This document shows, one piece after another, positions 35,891 to 44,561 of a stretch of DNA of 64,000 bases (its first letter is position 1; each line of letters starts with the position of its first letter). The DNA lies in NCBI GenBank assembly GCA_026388415.1, contig JAPLJV010000015.1:45344-109343 (forward strand), given 5' to 3'. The notes under the pieces are model-generated. The model made no database searches. It saw nothing but the letters and a program-made list of their open reading frames with translations, and was not told the origin of the DNA. This DNA comes from Deltaproteobacteria bacterium. Its GTDB lineage: Bacteria > Desulfobacterota > Syntrophia > Syntrophales > JACQWR01. The position numbers and the translations under genes are program-made.

Positions 35891-37360
35891 TTAAAACAGC
35901 CTCCCGATCAGACCGACAAAAAAGCCCGGAAATACGCCCAACCCCACCGAAATAAGGGCCGCCAGCACCAAAGGTATGACCATGGTCAGCGGCGCCTCCT
36001 TAATATCCTTTCTGCTCCAGCGGTCTTTCCGGCCTTCGAAAAACGCGCGGATGGTGATGGGCACAAAATAAGCGGCATTCAGAATCGTGCTGGTCATCAG
36101 CACTACCACAAGCGGCATATTGCTTATTTTCAGGGAACCTTGCAACAGGTACCATTTGGTGACAAATCCGGCGACGGGCGGCGCGCCGATCATACTGAGC
36201 GAGGCCAAGGCAAAGGCCCCCATGGTAAAGGGCATGGCATAACCAATCCCTGCCATATCGCTGATCTTCTTCTTATGGTGCGCCACATAGATAGCGCCTG
36301 CGCAGAAGAACAGGGTAATCTTGCTGAAGCCGTGGTTGACGATATGGAGGATCCCGCCCAGCACGCCACTATTATCCAAAAGCGCCACCCCGAGGACGAT
36401 GTAGGAAAGCTGACTCACGGTGGAATAGGCGAGCCGGGCCTTCAGGTCGTCCTTAGTCAGGGCGATAATGGAGGCCGCCAGGATCGTGAAGGAGACGAAA
36501 TAGGCGGTGAGGATGCCGAGCCCGAAACTCTGCAACAGGTCCGTTCCGAAGGTGGAAAGCATGACCCGGGAGATGCAGAAGACACCGGCCTTGACAACTG
36601 CCACGGCATGCAGCAACGCGCTGACCGGCGTGGGCGCCACCATGGCCGAGGGCAGCCAGTTGTGAAAAGGCATGATCGCGGCTTTGGCAAAGCCGGCGAT
36701 AAAGAGGATATAGGTGACGGTGATCCACAGGTGATTGGCCGTCGCCGGGAAAATGCCGGTGCGGATATTGTCGGCAAAATCAAGCGTCCCCGTCATGACA
36801 TACGTCAGAATCAGGGCCGGCAGAAGAAAACCCTTGGAAGTTCCCATGAGATAGACAAGGTATTTCTTGGCCCCGGCATACCCCTCCGCATCCTGATGGT
36901 GGGCGACCAGGGGATAGGTAAAAAGGGTAATAACCTCATAAAAAAGATAGAGCGAAAAAAGACCGCCCGAATAGGAAACACCCTGCGCCCCCAGAATGGC
37001 GATGGCAAAGCACATATAGTAGCGCGTCTGGGCATGCTCGTTGAGGCTCCTCATGTAGCCGATATTGTAAACGGAGGCAAAGATCCACAGAAACGAAGAC
37101 ACGATACCGAAGATCAGCGAAAGGGCGTCCACCCGGAAGTTCAGGTTGATGCCGGGAGCAATGGCGGAAAGTGTATAGACGATCGTCTGCCCGCTCCAGA
37201 TGGCGGGAACCATGCACAGCACGGAAATAAAGGTCAGCACCGCGCCGCCGATAGACCAGAATTCCCGCAGATTCGGGCGCTTGTCGGAAGCCAGGATCAG
37301 GATGGAGACGGCCAGAACAATGGCGATCGGTAAAAGGGGTTGTGCGCTTTCCATAACCAT
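35891..37360 (-). CDS. Additional MrpD/NuoL-family antiporter-like subunit
   Basis: 489 aa with an N-terminal FRVDALSLIF-type motif and FYEVITLFTYPLV. It has no lateral-helix extension. It lies directly after nuoK, where nuoL normally begins. Confidence 0.75.
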   Translation of the reverse strand: MVMESAQPLLPIAIVLAVSILILASDKRPNLREFWSIGGAVLTFISVLCMVPAIWSGQTIVYTLSAIAPGINLNFRVDALSLIFGIVSSFLWIFASVYNIGYMRSLNEHAQTRYYMCFAIAILGAQGVSYSGGLFSLYLFYEVITLFTYPLVAHHQDAEGYAGAKKYLVYLMGTSKGFLLPALILTYVMTGTLDFADNIRTGIFPATANHLWITVTYILFIAGFAKAAIMPFHNWLPSAMVAPTPVSALLHAVAVVKAGVFCISRVMLSTFGTDLLQSFGLGILTAYFVSFTILAASIIALTKDDLKARLAYSTVSQLSYIVLGVALLDNSGVLGGILHIVNHGFSKITLFFCAGAIYVAHHKKKISDMAGIGYAMPFTMGAFALASLSMIGAPPVAGFVTKWYLLQGSLKISNMPLVVVLMTSTILNAAYFVPITIRAFFEGRKDRWSRKDIKEAPLTMVIPLVLAALISVGLGVFPGFFVGLIGRLF

Positions 37361-37363
37361 AGG

Positions 37364-37687
37364 TCAGTCCTTCATCTCCTGCAGATTTTCTCCCTCAATA
37401 TGCTGGTATTTCCGGTATATGAGGATAATGATGGAGAGCGCCACCGCCGCTTCCGCCGCCGCAATGCCCATAATGACAAGCGTAAAGGATAATCCGTAAG
37501 CATTCTCGGGACAAAGAAACCTGTTGATGGCGACCAGATTCAGCCCCGCGCCATTCATGATCAATTCCATGGACACGAACATCCCGATCAGCGTGCGCCG
37601 GTAAATTACCCCGACAATCCCGCAGAAAAGCAGGAAAAGAGAAATAAATAGATAGACATACAAATAATTATGCAGCAAGGCTCTCAT
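37364..37687 (-). CDS. nuoK: Complex I subunit K
   Basis: 107 aa, 3 TM helices, positioned between nuoJ and the antiporter-like genes. Confidence 0.85.
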   Translation of the reverse strand: MRALLHNYLYVYLFISLFLLFCGIVGVIYRRTLIGMFVSMELIMNGAGLNLVAINRFLCPENAYGLSFTLVIMGIAAAEAAVALSIIILIYRKYQHIEGENLQEMKD

Positions 37688-38190
37688 CTCTTCCCCCTGG
37701 AGAAAAGGGACAGCATGATGGCTCCCAGAATACCCACCACGACCAGAAGTGATATAAGTTCAAAGGGCAGCAGCAGGTCATTAAAAAATATCTGACCAAT
37801 CTCTCTGGCGCCCTGATTGAAGCTCGGCGCGCCGAGCTGGGGAAAGGTAACTTTAACGAACCTCACGAAGATCACCAGTGTAATCAGGGCCGTCGCCAGA
37901 GCCGCCCCAAATTTCCCGAGCGTCGTCCATTCCTGCGGTCGGCGGTAAAGCGGCCCGGCTAACATAATGGCAAAGGCAATCAGCACGGTGATGGCCCCCA
38001 CATAAATAAGCATCTGCATCATGGCCAGAAATGGGCTGTTCAGGTATATGTAGAGTCCCGCGACGCCCAGCATGGCCGTAACCAATCCCACCATGGCATA
38101 GATGATGGAGCCCGATAAAACGGCGGTCGCCCCGCCGGCCATAGTCGCCAGAATAACAAGAAGGAATATGATTTCCGAAAGATTCATCAT
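37684..38190 (-). CDS. nuoJ: Complex I subunit J
   Basis: 168 aa membrane protein with ATGA-type overlaps to nuoI and nuoK. Confidence 0.85.
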   Translation of the reverse strand: MMNLSEIIFLLVILATMAGGATAVLSGSIIYAMVGLVTAMLGVAGLYIYLNSPFLAMMQMLIYVGAITVLIAFAIMLAGPLYRRPQEWTTLGKFGAALATALITLVIFVRFVKVTFPQLGAPSFNQGAREIGQIFFNDLLLPFELISLLVVVGILGAIMLSLFSRGKR

Positions 38191-38639
38191 ACCTGCTTCC
38201 TCTTTTCAAATTCCTGGACCAGATCGAAATGAAAATCTTCGCGCTTGACGCCCACCAGATTGAAATCGGCCGAAAAAGCCAGGCAATCGGAGGGGCAGCT
38301 CTCCACGCAGATGCCGCACTGGCTGCACGTGGTGTAGTCCAGCAGATAAGTGGTGGCGGTCTTCTTCTTTTCCCCTTCCCTTTTCTCGCCTTCGACGCTC
38401 TTGATGGAGCCGGAAGGGCAGTTCCGGGCACAGATACCGCAGGCGATGCAGCCATTTTTATCCGGGCTTTCCGTAGAGGCGAGAAGCTTGGTATGGCCGC
38501 GGAAACGGGGACTTATCTTCAATAACTGGCGCGGGTACTGGGAGGTAACCACTGGCTGGAAGAAGCACTTGATGGTAACCCCCAAGCCCGTGAGCAACGA
38601 ACCGGCGCCCTTGAAGAATGTGTTCACTGAGGACATCAT
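38187..38639 (-). CDS. nuoI: Complex I subunit I (2x[4Fe-4S] ferredoxin)
   Basis: Motifs [12 protein letters not shown] and [12 protein letters not shown]. Confidence 0.9.
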   Translation of the reverse strand: MMSSVNTFFKGAGSLLTGLGVTIKCFFQPVVTSQYPRQLLKISPRFRGHTKLLASTESPDKNGCIACGICARNCPSGSIKSVEGEKREGEKKKTATTYLLDYTTCSQCGICVESCPSDCLAFSADFNLVGVKREDFHFDLVQEFEKRKQV

Positions 38640-39607
38640 AGCTTCAAAAGTCCTCCCGTAATGAGCAGATTGATAAATGTCAGCGGTATCAGCACCTTCC
38701 AGGAAAAGTTCAGCAACTGGTCAAACCGGACGCGCGGATAGGTCCACCTGAGCCACATGATGACGAATACCAGGGCATAAGACTTGATCAGGAACCACAG
38801 AATCCCCGGCAGGAACGGCCCCTGGTAGCCCCCCAGGAAGAAGGTCGTGGCCACGGCGCTCACGATAAAGATATTCGTATATTCGGCCAGGAAAAATAGC
38901 GCAAACCGCATGCCGGAATATTCGGTATGGTAGCCGGCCACGAGTTCACTTTCCGCCTCCGGCAGGTCAAAGGGAGTCCGGTTCGTTTCGGCGACGGCGG
39001 CCGTAAAATAAATCAAAAAAGCGAGCGGCTGATAGCAGACAAACCAGATATTACCCTGCGCCTCCACGATGGTCTTCAGGGAGAGGGAATTCGTCATCAT
39101 GACGATGGGCAAAAGCGAAAGCAAAAGCGGTATCTCATAGGCGATGTTCTGGGCAATGCTGCGGATCGCACCGATCAGGGCATACTTGTTGTTCGAACCC
39201 CAACCGGCAAAGAGAATGGAAAGCACGGAAAGGGAGGAAAAGGCCAGGATGACCAGGATGCCTACGTTGATGTCCTTGACCTGCAGCGCCGCATCGAAGG
39301 GAATGACCACAAAAGATACTAGCACGGGAATAAAAACAATGATGGGCGCCAGGAAGTAAAGGGGTCGTTCCACATTGCGCGGCGTCAGGATTTCCTTCCC
39401 CAAAAGCTTCAGGGCATCGGCGAGCGGCTGGATGAGTCCGTAGGGGCCAACCTCCTTGGGGCCAATGCGCAACTGCATGTGGCCGGCCACTTTTCGTTCC
39501 GCCCAGGTCAAGATCAGGGCGTTTACAACGACGAAAGCCAGCACGCCGACGAGGCCGAAAATCATCATGGCTGCTTCCCTGCCGATTATATTAAATATGA
39601 ATTCCAT
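38636..39607 (-). CDS. nuoH: Complex I subunit H
   Basis: Polytopic membrane protein with motifs [16 protein letters not shown] and [29 protein letters not shown] prefer the ATG at 39607; the longest ORF start would overlap nuoCD by 56 nt. Confidence 0.9.
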   Translation of the reverse strand: MEFIFNIIGREAAMMIFGLVGVLAFVVVNALILTWAERKVAGHMQLRIGPKEVGPYGLIQPLADALKLLGKEILTPRNVERPLYFLAPIIVFIPVLVSFVVIPFDAALQVKDINVGILVILAFSSLSVLSILFAGWGSNNKYALIGAIRSIAQNIAYEIPLLLSLLPIVMMTNSLSLKTIVEAQGNIWFVCYQPLAFLIYFTAAVAETNRTPFDLPEAESELVAGYHTEYSGMRFALFFLAEYTNIFIVSAVATTFFLGGYQGPFLPGILWFLIKSYALVFVIMWLRWTYPRVRFDQLLNFSWKVLIPLTFINLLITGGLLKL

Positions 39608-39623
39608 TACCTTAGCACCAGTA

Positions 39624-41198
39624 TCAACGATCCATTTCGGGTATGACCAGATCGAGGCTGCCCAGAATAGCCACGGCATCGGCCAGCATGTTTCCCTTAG
39701 CCAATTCCGGAAAAATAATCATATTGGAAAGCGAGGGTACCCGCCACTTCATCCGGTAAGGACGATCGCTTTCATCACTGACGATATAAATACCCAGTTC
39801 ACCGCGCGGCGTCTCGACCACGTGATAAATATCCCCCGGCGGCGGTTTTAGTTTTTTGGGGACCTTCTCCGCCATAAAAGGACCTTCCGGCAGCCTGTTC
39901 AGGGCCTGCTCGATAATTTTCACGCTGTTTTCCATCTCCCGGATACGGACATGATATATGTCCAGGGCATCGCCGCGCGTTCCCGTGGGAATGTCAAAAT
40001 CCAATTCCCCATAGATGGAGTAGGGTTCCGCTTTTCTCATGTCCATGGGTATCCCGGTTCCGCGCAGCACCGGCCCGGAGACGCCGTATTTTCTGGCTCT
40101 TTCGGGTGTAATGACACCGACACCTCTGGTGCGGTTGATGAAAATGACGTTATTGGTTATCAGCTTGTCATACATGCTGAAACGGCTCCGCATCCTGGCA
40201 AGAAAGGCCCTGGTTCCGGTGATAAAGTCATCATCCACGTCGTTATAGAGCCCGCCGAAACGGAAGTAGCAATAGGTAAGCCGGGAACCAGTAATCCCCT
40301 CCAGGATGTCGTTTATCTGTTCCCGATCATCGAATACATACAGGAAGGGCGTGAGAGCCCCCAGATCGGCCAGATAGGCGCCCACCCATAACAGGTGGCT
40401 GGAGAGGCGGTTCAGCTCCGTGGCCATGACCCGCACGCATTCGGCACGGGGCGGCACGGGGATGCCGCAGAGCCTCTCCACGGCGGTTACATATCCCAGG
40501 TTGAAGGACATCGCGCCCAGATAATCCATGCGTCCGGTGTTGGGAAGAAACTGGAGGTAGCTCCTGTTTTCCGCCATCTTTTCGTGCATGCGATGGAGAT
40601 AGCCCAGCACGGGCTCCGCTCTTTCAATGTATTCGCCATCCATTTCCAGCACAACCCGCAAAACACCGTGGGTGCTGGGATGCTGCGGCCCGAGGTTGAC
40701 GAAAAATTTGCCGTCTTCTTCCTCGGGCTTAAAAGAAGCGAGCAATACCCGATCGGCCTCGGAAACGGGCGTCCGCTCCTTGCGCAGGGGGTAGGTGTCA
40801 ATCCCGTCGTGGAGGAATAAATACGTCAAGTTGGGATGACCGTCAAAGTAAACACCGTAAAACTCGTGGATTTCCCTTTCATACCAGGCCGCACTGTCAA
40901 AAACATTGGAGATGGTGGGCGCCAGCGGTTGGCGGGGATCTAACTTGACTGTCACCTTGACCCGGCAGAGTGATTGATGACCGCTGAAGAAGTACACCAG
41001 TTCCAGATACTCGATATAGTCCACACAAACGATGGTGGGTAAATAGAAGCCCCGGGCATCAAAAAAACCGGCGACAGAAAGCAGGTCCGAGGAGGCAACG
41101 GCGAAAGAAAGATGGTAACCCTTCTCCCTATAGGGTGCCTCTTTGATCTCCAAATCTTTATAAGTGGCGGTCAGCTCCGCCTTGATTTTTTCTACCAT
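39624..41198 (-). CDS. nuoD: Fused complex I subunits C and D
   Basis: 524 aa. The N-terminal NuoC part carries [18 protein letters not shown]. The NuoD part carries [14 protein letters not shown] and ends ..IPEMDR. Confidence 0.92.
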   Translation of the reverse strand: MVEKIKAELTATYKDLEIKEAPYREKGYHLSFAVASSDLLSVAGFFDARGFYLPTIVCVDYIEYLELVYFFSGHQSLCRVKVTVKLDPRQPLAPTISNVFDSAAWYEREIHEFYGVYFDGHPNLTYLFLHDGIDTYPLRKERTPVSEADRVLLASFKPEEEDGKFFVNLGPQHPSTHGVLRVVLEMDGEYIERAEPVLGYLHRMHEKMAENRSYLQFLPNTGRMDYLGAMSFNLGYVTAVERLCGIPVPPRAECVRVMATELNRLSSHLLWVGAYLADLGALTPFLYVFDDREQINDILEGITGSRLTYCYFRFGGLYNDVDDDFITGTRAFLARMRSRFSMYDKLITNNVIFINRTRGVGVITPERARKYGVSGPVLRGTGIPMDMRKAEPYSIYGELDFDIPTGTRGDALDIYHVRIREMENSVKIIEQALNRLPEGPFMAEKVPKKLKPPPGDIYHVVETPRGELGIYIVSDESDRPYRMKWRVPSLSNMIIFPELAKGNMLADAVAILGSLDLVIPEMDR

Positions 41199-41638
41199 CG
41201 CTTATCCGGTCCCGGGAATCTTCTGGTCCCTGTGATCTTTTCCTCTAACCTTAAAAAACCTTCCAGCAGGCCTTCGGGCCGGGGTGGACATCCCGGCACA
41301 TAGACATCTACCGGAACGAGGAGGTCAACCCCTTCAATAACATTATATTGCCCTTCAAAGACAAACGGTCCGCCTGATATGGCGCAGTTCCCCATGGCAA
41401 TGACCCATTTGGGGGAAGGCATCTGGTCGTAAAGGGTCATCAGCACGGGCGCCATCTTCTTGGTAACAGTGCCCGTAACGATCATCAAATCAGCTTGTCG
41501 GGGCGACGCCCGGAAAACGCCCGCCCCGAACCGGTCCAGGTCAAAGCGGGACATGGCGGAGGACATCATCTCGATGGCGCAACAGGCCAAACCGAAGGTC
41601 AGGGGCCAGATGGAATTGGCCCGGGCCAGGTTCAGCAC
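41192..41638 (-). CDS. nuoB: Complex I subunit B
   Basis: Motifs [20 protein letters not shown] and VPGCPPRPE. Confidence 0.92.
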   Translation of the reverse strand: MLNLARANSIWPLTFGLACCAIEMMSSAMSRFDLDRFGAGVFRASPRQADLMIVTGTVTKKMAPVLMTLYDQMPSPKWVIAMGNCAISGGPFVFEGQYNVIEGVDLLVPVDVYVPGCPPRPEGLLEGFLRLEEKITGTRRFPGPDKRW

Positions 41639-41658
41639 TTTTTCTACGACGGCAAATT

Positions 41659-42048
41659 TTACCGGGAGAGCTTCCTTTTCCAGGTGAACACTCCTTTCCC
41701 CCAGGCATAAATAATGGCCAGGGCGAGGATGAGGACAAAAGACAACAAAGCGTAAAACTCATACACTCTTTCCCCTCTGGCATAGCTTAGGGCCACGGGA
41801 AAAAGGTAGAGCACATCAACATCGAAGGCAATAAAAATCAAGGCATATATATAATAACTGAGACTGTAGCGTATCCAGGCGCTGCCGTAGGGTTCGATGC
41901 CGCACTCGTAGGTGTTCAGGGTCTTTTCCCCCTTCGTCCGGGGCGCAAGGATATAGGCAATAAAAACGGGAACAAGGGTAAACAGTACAGATACAACGAG
42001 AAAGATGGCAACGGGGGCAAATTCTGCTAAGTTATTCATGGTGGACAC
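41659..42048 (-). CDS. nuoA: Complex I subunit A
   Basis: 129 aa, 3 TM helices, motif YECGIEPYG, first gene of the array. Confidence 0.88.
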   Translation of the reverse strand: MSTMNNLAEFAPVAIFLVVSVLFTLVPVFIAYILAPRTKGEKTLNTYECGIEPYGSAWIRYSLSYYIYALIFIAFDVDVLYLFPVALSYARGERVYEFYALLSFVLILALAIIYAWGKGVFTWKRKLSR

Positions 42049-42139
42049 TCAATCCAGAACTTAAAAACCGGAACTCAAATAAATGTAAAACTTCATCACA
42101 ATGAAGCTATATTGTATCTACCCAAACAATGTTTGTCTG

Positions 42140-42736
42140 TCAAGCTTTTTTCTCTATAAAAATGCTTTTTTCTATTTCCAGCCATAATTCTTCTTTTCCC
42201 GCACCCGTCCGGGCAGAAAAAAGAACCGCCGGGACGGAAGGGTGTGAGAAGAACGCCAGAATGGCCTGCCGGCTAAGCATGGTCTGTTGTTTCGAGAGCT
42301 TGTCTATCTTGGTGAGTACCAGCAGGTACGGAATCCGGTAAAATTCCAGCCAGCGATACATGGCCAGATCATTTTCACCTGGATCTCGCCTGATATCAAG
42401 GATAAAGAGAACCAGACGCAATGCGGACCTTTCTTTGAAATAAGCCTCTATCATGGGCCCCCATTTGTTTTTCACGGTCAGAGGCACCTTCGCATAGCCG
42501 TAACCAGGTAAATCAACTAGGGAAAGTTCGTTGTTTACGGTAAAAAAATTTATCATCTGCGTGCAGCCCGGGGAATTGCTCGTCTTGGCCAGACCCTTCC
42601 TCCGGACCAAGACATTTATCAGAGAGGACTTACCCACGTTGGATTTGCCGGCAAAGGCGATCTCCGGCAAAGACGCCGGGGGATAGTGGGGGGGCGCCGC
42701 GGCGCTTTTGACAAAATTTGCAGAAATAATTTTCAC
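42140..42736 (-). CDS. engB: Ribosome-biogenesis GTPase EngB/YsxC/YihA
   Basis: G1 motif GKSNVGKSSLIN, with DLPGYGYA. From the GTG at 42736, the N-terminus MKIISANFVKSAAAPPHYP..LPEIAFAG matches the YsxC layout. That GTG lies inside repeat copy C. Confidence 0.9.
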   Translation of the reverse strand: MKIISANFVKSAAAPPHYPPASLPEIAFAGKSNVGKSSLINVLVRRKGLAKTSNSPGCTQMINFFTVNNELSLVDLPGYGYAKVPLTVKNKWGPMIEAYFKERSALRLVLFILDIRRDPGENDLAMYRWLEFYRIPYLLVLTKIDKLSKQQTMLSRQAILAFFSHPSVPAVLFSARTGAGKEELWLEIEKSIFIEKKA

Positions 42737-42826
42737 CTGAAAATACACCTCAAATCCCCCTTAATCCCCCTTTTCTAAAGGGGGACATTATCTATTCCCC
42801 TCTTTGGCAAAGAGGGGTCAGGGGAG
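42731..42826 (-). repeat. Modular multi-hairpin intergenic repeat, copy C
   Basis: TTTCACCTGAAAATACACCTCAAATCCCCCTTAATCCCCC, then the hairpins CCCCCTTTTCTAAAGGGGG and CCCCTCTTTGGCAAAGAGGGG, then TCAGGGGAG. Confidence 0.85.
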
Positions 42827-42835
42827 TATGCAGGG

Positions 42836-42905
42836 TGCTTTGGCGAAGCGTAACGCACCGAATATTGGTGGGTTACGGCAAAAACCCGCCTAACCCACCC
42901 CGCAT
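42836..42905. repeat. Second type of palindromic element (overlapping alternative hairpins)
   Basis: GTAACGCACC-gaatatt-GGTGGGTTAC overlaps GGTGGGTTA-cggcaaaaacccgcc-TAACCCACC. Only one copy is present in this window. Confidence 0.4.
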
Positions 42906-42957
42906 GATTAATGCCATATTGATGGCTAATTGGAACAATAATATGAATGGAAGAAGG

Positions 42958-43375
42958 CGTCCGAGCAGACCATAAGCCGGGTTCTGTAACGCCCCCGGTT
43001 GCCCGTAGGGCGCCGATGATCATTCCTCTGGGACAACAGTTGCCTGCTGCCTCAAGCGACGCTACCCGAGAACGTCGGGCGGGCCGCCCTTAATGTTCTC
43101 CTATTTGGTCTTGCACCGGATGGGGTTTACCATGCTTTCCCGGTCACCCGGAAAACGGTGAGCTCTTACCTCGCCTTTTCACCCTTACCCCGGCAAGCCG
43201 GGGCGGTATATTTTCTGTGGCACTTTCCTTAGGGTCGCCCCCAGTCGCCGTTAGCGACCATCCTGCCCTGTGGAGCCCGGACTTTCCTCCAGTCTTCCGG
43301 GGACACGAAACGGATTGCCAAGCAATCCTATATAATGTCCCCACGCGGACCAGCGATCATCTGTTCTACTCGGGC
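42958..43375 (-). ncRNA. rnpB: RNase P RNA (bacterial type A)
   Basis: Gene-sense conserved blocks: GAGGAAAGTCCGGGCTCCACAGGGCAGGATGGT, GGTAAGGGTGAAAAGGCGAGGTAAGAGCTCACCG, GCAAGACCAAATAGGAGA and ACAGAACCCGGCTTATGG. The P1 ends pair (CCGAGTAGAAC with GGTCTGCTCGG). Ends are accurate to about 5 nt. Confidence 0.9.
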
Positions 43376-43404
43376 GCCTTTTCCATCACTTCTCTGACTT
43401 TCTT

Positions 43405-44127
43405 CTATTTCTTTGCTTCATTTTGATCGTACCAGTAAATTATGCGGTTGCAGTTCGGGCATGTATGCAACTCGGTAGATTTCTGTAATTCAATATAAAG
43501 TTGCGGGGGAAGGTTCATATAGCACCCACCGCACACCTCTTTCCAGACTGCCACCACAGCCAGAGTGTTGTGCAATGTTTTTATGGCCTCATACTTCTTC
43601 AGAAGCTCTGCGGGGATCTTGCCCCTGAGCTTCTCACTCTTACGCCGGCAAGTCTGGAGCAGATCACCCAGGGAGTGCAGCTCCGCTTCCATTTTCTTTT
43701 TTGCCTCTCCATGGCGCTGCTGATAGGACTCCATCTCTTTTTCTTTGATCTTAAACTCTGCTTTCGCCTTATCAACCGCCTCCAGGAGCGCAATGATTTG
43801 ATCTTCCGCTTCGCTATTCTTCTGCTCGAAAGCTTCAATTTCCTTTAAAACAGCCTGATATTCCTTATTTGTTTTAACTTCATTTAAACGCTCTTTGGTT
43901 TTTTTAAACGACTCCTGCCCCTTTTTCAGCTTTTCATCTTTCTCACGGTGGGCTTTCTGAGTATCCTCGAATTTCTTCCTATCCTCCTCCAAGCCGGCTT
44001 CAAAAACACTGAACGCCTCTTCCAACTTTGCTATCTCCTCCGGCAAACTTTTGCACTTGATATTAATTTTATTGATCTCAGACTCGGCTTTTTGCAGCTC
44101 AATCAAAAGCGATAACTGTTCTTTCAA
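43405..44127 (-). CDS. COG1579-type coiled-coil protein with a C-terminal C4 zinc ribbon
   Basis: 240 aa, long Lys/Glu-rich coiled coil followed by CGGCYMNLPPQ...CPNCNRI. Confidence 0.75.
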   Translation of the reverse strand: MKEQLSLLIELQKAESEINKINIKCKSLPEEIAKLEEAFSVFEAGLEEDRKKFEDTQKAHREKDEKLKKGQESFKKTKERLNEVKTNKEYQAVLKEIEAFEQKNSEAEDQIIALLEAVDKAKAEFKIKEKEMESYQQRHGEAKKKMEAELHSLGDLLQTCRRKSEKLRGKIPAELLKKYEAIKTLHNTLAVVAVWKEVCGGCYMNLPPQLYIELQKSTELHTCPNCNRIIYWYDQNEAKK

Positions 44128-44154
44128 GAATCCATCCCCTTTCCGGCAGCTGAA

Positions 44155-44187
44155 ATAAAAAATGCACCATCTGCTGGTGCATTTTCA
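44155..44187 (-). terminator. Intrinsic terminator downstream of the tRNA
   Basis: Gene-sense GAAAATGCACCA-GCAGA-TGGTGCATTTTTTATTT. Confidence 0.6.
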
Positions 44188-44317
44188 AAGAAAGGCTCGG
44201 CCTCCATCTCCGCGGTCGGTCGGATGTACTGCCGCCCCGCCGGACCAGGAGTGTGTTTTATAACATAACACTTTTTCACGCAGAAGCCGTACCTCCAATC
44301 TTTCCACTTCCTGATAA

Positions 44318-44390
44318 TGGGCCCACCTGGGTTCGAACCAGGGACCGACCGGTTATGAGCCGGTGGCTCTTCCAGCTGAGCTATGGGCCC
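44318..44390 (-). tRNA. tRNA with CAU anticodon (elongator Met, or Ile2 if lysidine-modified); no encoded CCA
   Basis: Folded by hand as GGGCCCA-TA-GCTC-AGCTGGAA-GAGC-C-ACCGG-CTCATAA-CCGGT-CGGTC-CCTGG-TTCGAAC-CCAGG-TGGGCCC-A. The G1-C72 pair excludes an initiator tRNA. Confidence 0.9.
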
Positions 44391-44561
44391 GCATTGTAGC
44401 CGAAAGCAATAAGCTGAAAGCTCAAAGGACCGTAGCTGCTTTCAGCTTTGAGCTTCATTCTTTGAGCTTTGACGATACAATTCAACCCACAAGCACCTCA
44501 AAGAAAAGCAGCTCCGTAATCCGCACCTGCTATACTCATTCCCACGAGTTTTTGCAATATT

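Noticed and set aside
35675-37333. 552-aa plus-strand ORF across the nuo antiporter genes
   Set aside because: It is antisense to clear membrane-protein genes. Its sequence is extremely Gly/Arg/His/Asp-rich, with no hydrophobic core or motifs.
44188-44317. Possible small RNA (SRP, 6S or other) in the GC-rich stretch between the tRNA and its terminator
   Set aside because: No SRP GGAAG/AGCAGCC-type motif or other conserved signature is visible, and I could draw only weak helices. It is most simply the tRNA 3' trailer. A covariance-model scan would settle it.
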